From positions 35,922 to 99,921 of the forward strand of contig SLTG01000053.1 in the NCBI GenBank assembly GCA_007130045.1: 64,000 bases of DNA. Reading direction: 5' to 3'. Positions 1-9,151 of the stretch are shown piece after piece. A program made the translations under genes and the position numbers. Source of the stretch: Opitutales bacterium (lineage in GTDB: Bacteria; Verrucomicrobiota; Verrucomicrobiia; Opitutales; T3Sed10-336). Below the pieces are notes generated by a model. That model did not search any database and was not told the origin of the DNA. It saw nothing but the letters and a program-made list of their open reading frames with translations. How positions within the stretch are numbered: the stretch's first letter is position 1; the number at the start of each line of letters is the position of its first letter.

Positions 1-1
1 T

Positions 2-2143
2 TTCGGGGGGTTCTTTTTCTCCCGCGCTGAAAAGGAAGCGATTCAGCGCCTCCGCAATGCAGGGATAACCGTTGTCGCCGCAGCGGGCAACGGCGGGAAA
101 AACATAGATATTTTCGAGAGTTCCTATCCGGCCAACTACGATCTGGACAATATCGTTCGGGTGGGCGCGTCGGACCGCAGGGATCAACCGGCGTTCTTCT
201 CCAACCACGGGCCGGAGAGAGTGCATATCTTCGCGCCGGGTGTGGACATCCTGTCAACGTCCGTTCCGTTCGCCATCGATCCGTTCTTCGAATTATTCGT
301 TCCGCAGCGGAATGACTCATTCTACGAATACATGGATGGCACCTCAATGGCCGCTCCGCATGTGGCGGGCATCATGGCCCTGATCGCCGCCGAGTATCCG
401 GGAGAAGACTACCGGACACTGATCAACCGGCTTCTGGCAGGCGCCCGGATTGAAGAAGAGTTCCTGGGAGAATTCGTTCGCGAGGGTCGCTTCGCCAATC
501 TGTTCGGACCATTGTCCCAGGGCGATTCTCCGATCCTTTTCACCGGTCTCCATGACGTCGATTTCACCGAGGGTGATACCATCACTCTTTCGGTCGATGC
601 GGCGGCGCGTCCGGCGCCGTCCTATACCTGGTACCGCGACGGGGTTCTTTTGGTCGACAACGAGAGCGAACCGTTGAGCGGGCCCGCGATTACCCTGGAG
701 AACATGCGCGAGAACGACGCCGGCATTTATGAAGTCGTGATCTCCAATGTGCCGAACCCGGGTCCCGATGACGAGACGGTGACCAGTTCCGCGCGGTTGC
801 GATTCAATCCCGGCGATCCCCTTTTGGGAATTGCGGTTGACGCTCCCGAACTCGAATGGACGACCTCCGAAGACCGCCCGTGGGAAGCCGTGAGCGGGGG
901 CGACGGGGTGCGCAGCTACCCGGGACTGGGCAACAACGTCACATCGAAGTTGATCGTGAACGTGCACGGGCCGGCAACGATTTCCTTTGACTGGAGGGTT
1001 TCGTCCGAGCGCCTTTACGATTTTCTCAGGTTCCGAATCAACGGGGAAGTGGAGCGTTCGATTTCCGGCGAAACCGGCTGGGAGCCGATCACCGTCCACC
1101 TTTCCGAAGCGCGTGCCTACCGGTTGGCCTGGTCGTACGAGAAGGATTTTGTCGGTGCCGACGGAGAAGACGCGGGTTGGATCCGCAACGTCGATTTCAC
1201 ACCGCATTTCCCGCACATCCTCGAGCAACCCCGCGACCGGGAAGTGGTCGAGGGAGGCACCGCCCGGTTCACGGTGCTCGCGGACGGAAACCCGAATCCG
1301 CAGTATCGCTGGTACCGCGACGGCGAACGGATCGACGACGCGACCTTGAGAATGCTGCAGGTCAGCGGCGTTGACGCTGCCGACGAGGGCGCCTACCACG
1401 CGGTTGTTTGGAACAGCCATGGGTCGGTTCGGACGATTCCCGCGCAACTGTCCGTGGTTTCGGAGGCGAATCCGCCGGCGATCGTGAACCATCCGGAGAG
1501 CGTCTCGGCGATGCCGGGCGACACGGTGATGTTTGAAGTGGGCTACCAGGGGACTTCGCCGATCAAGGTGCAGTGGCATAAGGAAGGTGTCGGGCCGATT
1601 GCAGGGGCGACCGGCGACCGGTTGTTCCTGGCGGACATCGACGAAGACGACGCCGGGGCCTATTTCGCGGAGGTCGGCAATAGCGCCGGTCAGGCGACCA
1701 GCCTTTCGGCCGTCCTGACTTTTGTCACGGATAAGGTTACCTTTGACGGTTTCCTGAAGGCGATGGATGCCGGATCCGATGAGGACGTTTCCTCTCAACT
1801 GTATCGCTACGCCACCGGATCCGGCCGTGCTCCCGAAGCTTCGGTAAGCTCGGGCCAGTCGGTCGGGGTCGCCAATCCCGCGTTGGCGCAGCAGGTGGAG
1901 ACGATGGCAGGCGGCGACAATTATTTGGGGATAAAGTTTGATCGAGCCCGGAACGCAGTCGGCGTTTCATTCCATCTCGAGGCCAGCGACGACCTTGAAA
2001 ACTGGGAAGAGGTGCCTGCCGTCATCGGCGTGATCGACGTCCTCGACGAGGATACCGAACGCGTCCTTCTCCGCGAAGAAACTCCCGCATCCAATGCAGG
2101 GGTGCGTTTTCTCAGGTTGAAAATCCGGCACGGCGCACCGTGA
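2..2143 (+). CDS. Subtilisin-like serine peptidase (S8), 5' end cut by the window edge, with C-terminal Ig I-set-like modules
   Basis: The frame is open from nt 2 (..VVAAAGNGGKNIDIF..). Subtilase Ser motif GTSMAAPHVAG lies at ~338-370. Three Ig-like modules follow (YTWYRDG.., YRWYRDG.., VQWHKEG.. each with DAGxY), plus a jelly-roll-like insert (ISFDWRVSSE..WSYEKDF). Confidence 0.85.
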   Translation, partial: FGGFFFSRAEKEAIQRLRNAGITVVAAAGNGGKNIDIFESSYPANYDLDNIVRVGASDRRDQPAFFSNHGPERVHIFAPGVDILSTSVPFAIDPFFELFVPQRNDSFYEYMDGTSMAAPHVAGIMALIAAEYPGEDYRTLINRLLAGARIEEEFLGEFVREGRFANLFGPLSQGDSPILFTGLHDVDFTEGDTITLSVDAAARPAPSYTWYRDGVLLVDNESEPLSGPAITLENMRENDAGIYEVVISNVPNPGPDDETVTSSARLRFNPGDPLLGIAVDAPELEWTTSEDRPWEAVSGGDGVRSYPGLGNNVTSKLIVNVHGPATISFDWRVSSERLYDFLRFRINGEVERSISGETGWEPITVHLSEARAYRLAWSYEKDFVGADGEDAGWIRNVDFTPHFPHILEQPRDREVVEGGTARFTVLADGNPNPQYRWYRDGERIDDATLRMLQVSGVDAADEGAYHAVVWNSHGSVRTIPAQLSVVSEANPPAIVNHPESVSAMPGDTVMFEVGYQGTSPIKVQWHKEGVGPIAGATGDRLFLADIDEDDAGAYFAEVGNSAGQATSLSAVLTFVTDKVTFDGFLKAMDAGSDEDVSSQLYRYATGSGRAPEASVSSGQSVGVANPALAQQVETMAGGDNYLGIKFDRARNAVGVSFHLEASDDLENWEEVPAVIGVIDVLDEDTERVLLREETPASNAGVRFLRLKIRHGAP

Positions 2144-2261
2144 TCCGAGATTGTCAACGAACGATGAACACTCGCTGTAAAGCCATTTCGAATCAAAATC
2201 GCTTGATTTCCGCAATTTTCTTTCCCAGCCTCTTATGCCGAAGATTTCGACCCGATTATCT

Positions 2262-5200
2262 ATGAAGAAGTTTACCAAGCTCTTTTTCGCACTCGCCCTT
2301 GCTCCGGCGTTCTTTTCAGCCAATCTCTACGCCCCGAACGTCGTGGTGAGCAACTTGTTCTTCGAGGAGGGGATTCATTTCCCGGGCGATCCGATTATGA
2401 TGTCGCTTACCGTCACGAACGTCGGCTCAGACCCCACGCAAGCTCCGGGATACTGGGTCGACGTCCACCTCACGCCGGATACTCCGGGCTTGTCGGCGAC
2501 CAATTACCACATCCAGACCTTTAGCGGTGGATTGGCGCCAGGCCAAAGCCACACCTACGAATGGGTTCAACGGATGCCGGGGCACATCACCGGCAATTTC
2601 CAAATTTTTGCCGAAACCTCCGGCAGTGGGGGCGGAAATATTTCATCGACGACATCTCCGGTGATTGAACTCCGCTCCGACCAAGCGACCCGGTTCCCTA
2701 CGACGACCCTGCTGACACGGCCGTTCGATTCGCCTGACATCGAAGACGAAGAGTTTGATTTTGATGTTGTAGGGGAAGTATTTAACGCGGATGGCAGCAG
2801 CGAAACTCCGTCGATGAGCGCGGACGGCCGGTTTGTTGTGTTCGCATCCACGGCAACGAATATCGCCACCCCTGTCGTGCAATTCGAGGACGAAGACGAT
2901 GAAGAAGTCGACGACGAAGACGTCCCTCTCTTTCCATCCGGGAACCTTTTCGATATTTATCTCCAGGACCTGAAGGAAGGCACCGTCACGCTGGTCAGCA
3001 ATCCGGGAGGGGCATTTGAATTCAGCAACGGCAACAGCCACCATCCGAAGATCAGTCCGGACGGCCGGTTCATTGTCTTTCATTCCACCGCGACCAACCT
3101 GGTGACGGGAGGCAACAACGATTATTCCGACATCTACGTTTACGACCGGCTGAGTGGAACTCTCGAGCGGATCAGCAAGGGGATGAACGGCGCGCTCGCC
3201 AACGGGCCGAGCTTCAACGCGAGCATCAGCGATCCGGATCCAATCAACGGGCACCGCTACGTCGTCTTCGAATCCGAGGCCGTCAACCTTCTTGATGGCA
3301 TTACGAACAACGTGGCCGACATCTTCCTGTACAATCTCAACACTGGCGCGATCCGCCGCGTGAATGTGACCGATGATGGTGGCCAGGCGATGGGAGGCCA
3401 CAGCCGCAGCCCGGTGATCAGCGCCGACGCCCGCCACATTGCGTTTGAGTCCCGCGCGACGAACCTCGGTTCTCCGGAACGGAGCTCGGAGGTCTTTGTC
3501 CACGACCGCGACGCCAACCGCACGGTACAGATCAGCGTCGGATTCGATGCGGCCGGAAATCCGTTTCCCGCGGACGGTGACAGTTACTCGCCCGCAATAA
3601 CTCCGGACGGACGGTTTGTGGCGTTTGTTTCGGAAGCGGCGAACCTGTTCAGCAATCCCGCTACCGGATCGGTGACCCTTTCGGGGCGACGCGCGGAAAC
3701 TTCGATTGTATTTCCCGAAACAGTTCCGGGTACCGGTTTGATTCGCTTCACCCCGGATGTGAATGCCACCGGAGAGATCCATTTTGTCGGAGAAGGACCT
3801 CCGGTTCCGAATCAGAACGAACGCCGGACGATCACGATCCGTGACGGTGTCAATCCGGAGGTGACTTTCGAGTTCGCGAATACGGCGGGAGAGGGTTATC
3901 AGGTGGCTGACGGCAACGTTCGCGTGGTCGTGGGGCAGACCCGCACCTCAACCCGAAACCAGCTCCGCAACGCGATCAACGGATCCGCGCTGACAATTAC
4001 CGCGACAGACGCTGTAAGCGCGGAAGGAAATCCAATGATCCACCTCGAGAATACCGATCAGGGTGAAGCGGGGAACGATCAGCCCATCGTTACCGAGAAT
4101 CTGGGTGGCGTGCTTGAAGTCCAGGGAATGGGCGGCGCGGTGGTAACGAACGTCGAGGACGGCGACGAATTGATTATTGGCACCCGCGACACCGGGGACG
4201 AGTCGGTGTTCATTTTTGTCGATGGGGAGCCACAGGCGCTGAACGAGGTTCAAATCGGCAACACCGCCCGCGAATCCCGGGACAATTTGCTGAATACATT
4301 CCGGGGGCTGCTCGAACTGAATGTTCCCGATATCGACGGCCCGACCTCCGGGGGAACGTTCCTGACCGGTCCTCTCGCGGGCAATCCGGAGCCGCAGGAC
4401 ATCTTTCCTTTCGAACACGAGGGCGTTACACAGTTTTTTCAGTTTGTCCCCGATGGGATTGTGTTTGACCCCGCTGTGGAACTCGGACCCGAGGCAATTC
4501 CGGTGGTAATCGGCGAGACGTTGGAGGAAACCCGCGGAAACCTCGTGCGGTACCTTCAGGCTTTGTTCGATTTTGACGACCTTACGGAGGCTTTGGGCGA
4601 CGCGCCGGCGACGGGTTCGGTTCGCATAGCGAACAATCCTGAAGGTGATGACAATGCCAATGTGACGATCGGTGATGGCATCGACACCGCCAATTTCGCT
4701 TTTGTCGAAGAGTTCGCAGAGGACGAAGACGATCCGGATTTCGATTTCGAGCAGGAGATTATCGACGACAGGGATCCTTTGAATGTCCTGATTGTCATTG
4801 GTGCCGACGCGGCCGAGACCCAGGAGCGATTGTTGACCGCCATTCAGGGATCTCCCCTGGAAATCACGGCCAACGCGGGCATCGACGAGGAGGGTGAGGA
4901 GGCGATCATCCTCGTCAACAATCAGATGGGTCCGATTGGAAACGTGGAAATCCAGTTCGAACCCGTTCCGGACGATCCTGACGAAGAACCCGAGGAGCCG
5001 GCAATATTCGTGGTGTTCGGAATGGCCGGCGGGATGTTGGCCGACGCTCCGGCAAGGGGATCGGTTCGGGTTCAGATCAATCCGGAAGATGATGACGATG
5101 CCAGCGTGACGATCGGTGATGGTATCCAGAACGCCAATTTCGCTTTTGTTGAAGAGTTTGAAGAGGACGACGACGACCCGGGTTTCGATTTCGAAGGGGA

Positions 5201-8200
5201 GATTATCGACGACCGGGATCCATTTAATGTCCTGATTGTCATTGGCGCCGACGCGGTCGAGACTCAGGGGCGACTGTTGACCGCCATTCAGGGATCTCCC
5301 CTGGCAATTACCGCCAACGCGGGCATCGACGAGGAGGGAATGCCGGCGATAGTCCTTGTCAACAATCAGATCGGTCCGGTCGGAAATGTCCCGATCGTTT
5401 TCGAACCCGTGCCCGAAGAGCCGGACGATCCGGACGAAGAACCCGGGGAGCCGGCAATCTTTGTCGTCTTCGGCATGGACGGCGGGGCTTTAACCGACGC
5501 GGAACCCGGCAGGACATACGTGGTTTACGACCATGAGCTCCTTCATTTCCGTGTGACCTTTGAGTTCAGCGATGAGGAAACCGTGGCTCAGAATCATGTT
5601 CGCGTCCCGCTTGCAGCCAGCGGGGCCGCTACCCTGGGGAATCTTCTCGATACGATCCGTTCCATCGGCTTGCCGCGTGTTCGTGTCGCCGGCGACGACT
5701 TGGAGATCACGTTTAGCAACTTCATCCGTTCCGGGATTAACACCGCACAGATGACAATCGATTTTACCGGTGATCCGAATGTGTTGGAAGAGATTCTCTC
5801 TGAGGGTGGTGTGATTAATACACCACGAGAAGGCGCGCGCCTGACCTTTGATGACGGTGCGATGGCGATCACGTTCGAATTCGACCAGGACGGCATGGTC
5901 ACGCCGGGCAACATCGGGGTGCCGATTGGTCAAAACGCGGCGGACACACGCGATTACCTGATCCGTGCGATACAGGAGTCGGAACTCGATATTACGGCCG
6001 TGGACGCGACCGGCGAGCACGCGGCTGTGCGGGTTGTGAACAACCGCGGTGGATCGATTCCGGGACATGAATTTATCACGTTTGAAGAGGAGGAATTTCC
6101 GGCAGGTTTTGTTGTGACTACGATTGAGGGCCGCAACAATCCCGTTCCCGGCGAAAGCTTCACGCTAAGCGACGGGGAAAAAGCAGTGACTTTTGAGTTT
6201 GTGGACCCCGATCAAGAAGCCGGGCATGGGAATATCGCGGTCGTACTCGGCGAGAATGATCAGCGTGACGTGACCTTTGAGAACCTCGTAGTTGCACTCC
6301 GCGACGTTGACTTGAAGATTACCGCCATCCCTGCGGAAGCCGACGGTGCGCCGCGGGTAAATCTGACCAATTGGGTTCCGGGCCCGGAAGGCAACGTCTT
6401 TATTACCACGAATCCTCCGGATTTTCCTTCCTTCGAAGTCGAAGGTATGAGCGGAGGCGGTTTCGAGGGTGACGGAACTCCGCAGGTCTATCTTCACGAC
6501 CGGGACGCCAACGACAACGGCGTATTTGATGAAACCCGTAATTTCACTGTTGAGGCGATCAGTGTGACGCCCTTGAATACGCTCGGCGTCGACCCCGCGC
6601 TTGAGCCGTCCATCAGTGCGGACGGTCGATTCGTTTCGTTCCGGACCTTCGGGTTCGGTATGCAGCCTTTGACAGTTGAACGTTCGGATGGGCAGGTGTT
6701 TCCGAATGTCGCGGGCCCCGTGATGATTATTCAGGACGATGAAATCCCGACCGACGAGGATGACCCGCCAGCCTTTAATTTGCGGTTTATATTCGAGGAC
6801 AGCATTCAGAGATTTACGGAGTTGGGGACCACTTCCGATATTTACGTCCGGGACAGGCTTAAAGGTGTCAATGATCGCGTTAGCGTGAATCGGTTCGGCG
6901 AAACGCCGCCCATACAGAATGCAATGCTTCAGCTACAAAGCCTTTCCGCAAGAAATGCGGTAATGAGTGCGGATGGCCGCTACATCGTTTTTACCGCGGA
7001 CAACAATGGGGTGGCCAGCATTGGTCCGGAGCCTCCGACCGGTCCCCGTCGCGGCGGAGCCATCGCTTCCGGCATGACCAACCGGCATCCTATAAACACC
7101 GTATCGCTGCGGAACCTCTTCCTCCACGACCGGAAATTCACGACAAGCACTCCGGATCCGGAGCCGACCTTTCCGCCGATTGTCAATCTGGCCAGCCCAA
7201 GCGATGGCGATCAGCTGAGTGTCGGAGTGGCGCACGAATTGCTCGCCTCCGCGATTCCGAATCCGCAACATCCGGGCGCGACGATCGAAGCAGTCGAGTT
7301 TCTGGTGAACGGAAACATTGTGGGCGTAGTCATCGCCGCACCCTTTTCGTTTGAGTGGACACCCGATATTCCCGGGACCTATTCGATTGTGGCCCGCGCC
7401 AGGGATTCACGGGGTGAAACGGCGTCTTCGCGGGTCTCCACTGTGACAGTGGACGAGGTCGATCCGGTGGCGCGCGACTCGGATTTCGTACGTCGTGTCT
7501 ATAGTGATCTTCTGGGTCGCCAGCCCTCACCCTTCGAATTGCGGCAGACGGTTTCGGCCATGGAAAGCGGCGATCTTTCCCGCGACCGTCTCGTGGCGGA
7601 TCTGATGGACCGCTTCGAGTTTGAAGAGATTCTGGTCAATGCCTACAGTGCATATTGGGTGGTGCTTGGGCGAGCGCCCACAACTACGGAAATGCAGGGA
7701 GCGGTGGCAATAATCCGGTTTTTTCTGGATCTTGACGAAGATGAAGACGAACCGCCTGAGGACCCGGAGGAGTTTCCCGAAGGGGTAATCGTCGGTGAGG
7801 TGCAGCTCGCCTTGGGGCTTCAACTGCTCACCCAGACTCTGCTGACCTCCGCCGAATTTGTCAGTCGCTTCGGCGCCGGCTTCGAGTTCGGTAGGAATAG
7901 GGAATTTATCGAGCATCTGTACCGGAACATCGGGCGAAGCCCGAGCGATCTCGATTTGATTCGTGGGAATGCCATTATTGAGGGGACCGACGGGCAGTTC
8001 GAGGGATTTGGGCGGGAGCTTTATACCACGGCGTTCATCGGACGTTGGTTCTTCTCTATAGTAGGGGCGGAACTGTTTCTGGGACAGGTGCGAATTGGTA
8101 TTCCGGGTTCCTTGCGCGAACGCCATCGAAGGGCGGCGATGTTCTTTGCGCTCACCGGCGAGATTCCGACGCCCGAGAAGGTCGATGAGCTCGCATCGGG

Positions 8201-8591
8201 GAACCGGCGCCAGGCGGTTCGCGTTGCCTTCAGCAGCGCGCAGTACCTCAACGCACTCGGTACGTTCTTCGGTTCATCCGTTCTTGAGGTGGACCGGAAT
8301 GAAAAGGATTCCCATTGGCTCGGCCGCTACAACGACCGCCACTTCAATTACAACACGTTCTCCGGATGGATCCGCCATGAGGAACACGACTGGTGGTTCA
8401 TCAGTTCCGGAAGTGGATCGTGGGTGTACGATCATATCATGGGTTCCTGGCTGTGGACCAATGAGGATGTGTATCCCTGGATCTTCAGCGACGAGCACGA
8501 CACATGGATCTTCTATCACAGGGGCGGAGAACCCGAGCAACGGCAGTTCTTCTTCGATAACCTGCAGGAATGGCAATCGGTCGAGAATTAG
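2262..8591 (+). CDS. Giant secreted multidomain protein (~2110 aa): CARDB-like N-terminus, PD40/TolB-like blades, array of unrecognised ~100-aa modules, Ig-like domain, DUF4214-like segment, Trp-rich tail
   Basis: Uninterrupted 2118-codon ORF from 2235. Signal peptide MKKFTKLFFALALAPAFFSANLYA starts at the ATG at 2262. Repeated S(A/P)DGRF(V/I)xF.S.A.NL motifs are PD40-like. Repeated ..TFEF..GN..V..G....T...L..AI....L.ITA.. modules. DUF4214-like DSDFVRRVYSDLLGRQPS. Confidence 0.85.
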   Translation: MKKFTKLFFALALAPAFFSANLYAPNVVVSNLFFEEGIHFPGDPIMMSLTVTNVGSDPTQAPGYWVDVHLTPDTPGLSATNYHIQTFSGGLAPGQSHTYEWVQRMPGHITGNFQIFAETSGSGGGNISSTTSPVIELRSDQATRFPTTTLLTRPFDSPDIEDEEFDFDVVGEVFNADGSSETPSMSADGRFVVFASTATNIATPVVQFEDEDDEEVDDEDVPLFPSGNLFDIYLQDLKEGTVTLVSNPGGAFEFSNGNSHHPKISPDGRFIVFHSTATNLVTGGNNDYSDIYVYDRLSGTLERISKGMNGALANGPSFNASISDPDPINGHRYVVFESEAVNLLDGITNNVADIFLYNLNTGAIRRVNVTDDGGQAMGGHSRSPVISADARHIAFESRATNLGSPERSSEVFVHDRDANRTVQISVGFDAAGNPFPADGDSYSPAITPDGRFVAFVSEAANLFSNPATGSVTLSGRRAETSIVFPETVPGTGLIRFTPDVNATGEIHFVGEGPPVPNQNERRTITIRDGVNPEVTFEFANTAGEGYQVADGNVRVVVGQTRTSTRNQLRNAINGSALTITATDAVSAEGNPMIHLENTDQGEAGNDQPIVTENLGGVLEVQGMGGAVVTNVEDGDELIIGTRDTGDESVFIFVDGEPQALNEVQIGNTARESRDNLLNTFRGLLELNVPDIDGPTSGGTFLTGPLAGNPEPQDIFPFEHEGVTQFFQFVPDGIVFDPAVELGPEAIPVVIGETLEETRGNLVRYLQALFDFDDLTEALGDAPATGSVRIANNPEGDDNANVTIGDGIDTANFAFVEEFAEDEDDPDFDFEQEIIDDRDPLNVLIVIGADAAETQERLLTAIQGSPLEITANAGIDEEGEEAIILVNNQMGPIGNVEIQFEPVPDDPDEEPEEPAIFVVFGMAGGMLADAPARGSVRVQINPEDDDDASVTIGDGIQNANFAFVEEFEEDDDDPGFDFEGEIIDDRDPFNVLIVIGADAVETQGRLLTAIQGSPLAITANAGIDEEGMPAIVLVNNQIGPVGNVPIVFEPVPEEPDDPDEEPGEPAIFVVFGMDGGALTDAEPGRTYVVYDHELLHFRVTFEFSDEETVAQNHVRVPLAASGAATLGNLLDTIRSIGLPRVRVAGDDLEITFSNFIRSGINTAQMTIDFTGDPNVLEEILSEGGVINTPREGARLTFDDGAMAITFEFDQDGMVTPGNIGVPIGQNAADTRDYLIRAIQESELDITAVDATGEHAAVRVVNNRGGSIPGHEFITFEEEEFPAGFVVTTIEGRNNPVPGESFTLSDGEKAVTFEFVDPDQEAGHGNIAVVLGENDQRDVTFENLVVALRDVDLKITAIPAEADGAPRVNLTNWVPGPEGNVFITTNPPDFPSFEVEGMSGGGFEGDGTPQVYLHDRDANDNGVFDETRNFTVEAISVTPLNTLGVDPALEPSISADGRFVSFRTFGFGMQPLTVERSDGQVFPNVAGPVMIIQDDEIPTDEDDPPAFNLRFIFEDSIQRFTELGTTSDIYVRDRLKGVNDRVSVNRFGETPPIQNAMLQLQSLSARNAVMSADGRYIVFTADNNGVASIGPEPPTGPRRGGAIASGMTNRHPINTVSLRNLFLHDRKFTTSTPDPEPTFPPIVNLASPSDGDQLSVGVAHELLASAIPNPQHPGATIEAVEFLVNGNIVGVVIAAPFSFEWTPDIPGTYSIVARARDSRGETASSRVSTVTVDEVDPVARDSDFVRRVYSDLLGRQPSPFELRQTVSAMESGDLSRDRLVADLMDRFEFEEILVNAYSAYWVVLGRAPTTTEMQGAVAIIRFFLDLDEDEDEPPEDPEEFPEGVIVGEVQLALGLQLLTQTLLTSAEFVSRFGAGFEFGRNREFIEHLYRNIGRSPSDLDLIRGNAIIEGTDGQFEGFGRELYTTAFIGRWFFSIVGAELFLGQVRIGIPGSLRERHRRAAMFFALTGEIPTPEKVDELASGNRRQAVRVAFSSAQYLNALGTFFGSSVLEVDRNEKDSHWLGRYNDRHFNYNTFSGWIRHEEHDWWFISSGSGSWVYDHIMGSWLWTNEDVYPWIFSDEHDTWIFYHRGGEPEQRQFFFDNLQEWQSVEN
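4602..5498. repeat. Tandem duplication inside the giant ORF (copy 1 4602-5045, 148 codons; copy 2 5046-5498, 151 codons)
   Basis: Direct comparison of the two stretches: APATGSVRIANNPEGDDNANVTIGDGIDTANFAFVEEF.. versus APARGSVRVQINPEDDDDASVTIGDGIQNANFAFVEEF... The VTIGDG codons are offset by 444 nt. By hand I count 24 mismatches in the first 120 aligned residues. Confidence 0.9.
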
Positions 8592-8645
8592 CGAAATAGG
8601 GTTGAACCCGGTTTGTGAGTCGAATAACGTGAATTTCAGGCAAAT

Positions 8646-8828
8646 ATGAAGAAAAAGTTAACAGATTTCGGGTTCATTGCCCTCCTTGGGATCGTCGTCC
8701 TGTCCGTTTCGCTTTTTACCGGATGCAGCAGCAGTAGCAGCAGCAGCCGGGATACGCCGAGGAACCCCGGCGAGGATCCGGGGTTCGATCCCGGTGACGA
8801 TCCGGGATACAATCCCGGGAGTCCCTGA
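8646..8828 (+). CDS. Small lipoprotein (60 aa) with poly-Ser linker and five [DN]PGx tetrapeptide repeats
   Basis: Signal peptide plus lipobox LFTGC. It lies 54 nt downstream of the giant ORF on the same strand, and a strong terminator follows. Confidence 0.55.
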   Translation: MKKKLTDFGFIALLGIVVLSVSLFTGCSSSSSSSRDTPRNPGEDPGFDPGDDPGYNPGSP

Positions 8829-8876
8829 GCGGTGATCGCACCGGGACTTCGCCCGTTCACTTATTTCAACTTGTTT

Positions 8877-8910
8877 GGGCCGCCCGGATCGCCGGGCGGC
8901 CCTTTCTTCT
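8877..8910 (+). terminator. Rho-independent terminator
   Basis: Perfect 11-bp GC stem gggccgcccgg / ccgggcggccc (8877-8887 / 8892-8902), 4-nt loop, then tttcttct. Confidence 0.75.
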
Positions 8911-9151
8911 GTTAATATCTTCTGTTGCCGTTCGAAGGTTACGATTCCCGGTTGCACGGGAACCCGAGCCTGACAGAGGGACCTACGGGAGGAATCCGTA
9001 TGGCGGAGGTAAGGAGAATATGACATTGCATCATGTAGGCCTGCCCGTGAGGGCAGGGAAATACGAACGTTTATGAAAGTCGAGATCCCAGGTTGGAAGC
9101 TGGCAGTGAGAAATACCGGTCAACCGGGATATTGCCGTTCCGACTTCGGCC

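Noticed and set aside
344-1798. 484-aa ORF on the minus strand opposite the S8 protease
   Set aside because: The translation is Arg/Pro/Gly-rich with no recognisable motif, whereas the plus-strand frame carries clear subtilase and Ig motifs. This is a typical antisense shadow ORF of a GC-rich genome.
9040-9057. Isolated hairpin cctgccc-gtga-gggcagg in the 240-nt gap before the TolC-like gene
   Set aside because: It is a perfect 7-bp stem with a GNRA-type loop, but neither strand has a flanking U-tract and I recognised no larger conserved structure. There is not enough evidence to call a terminator or ncRNA.
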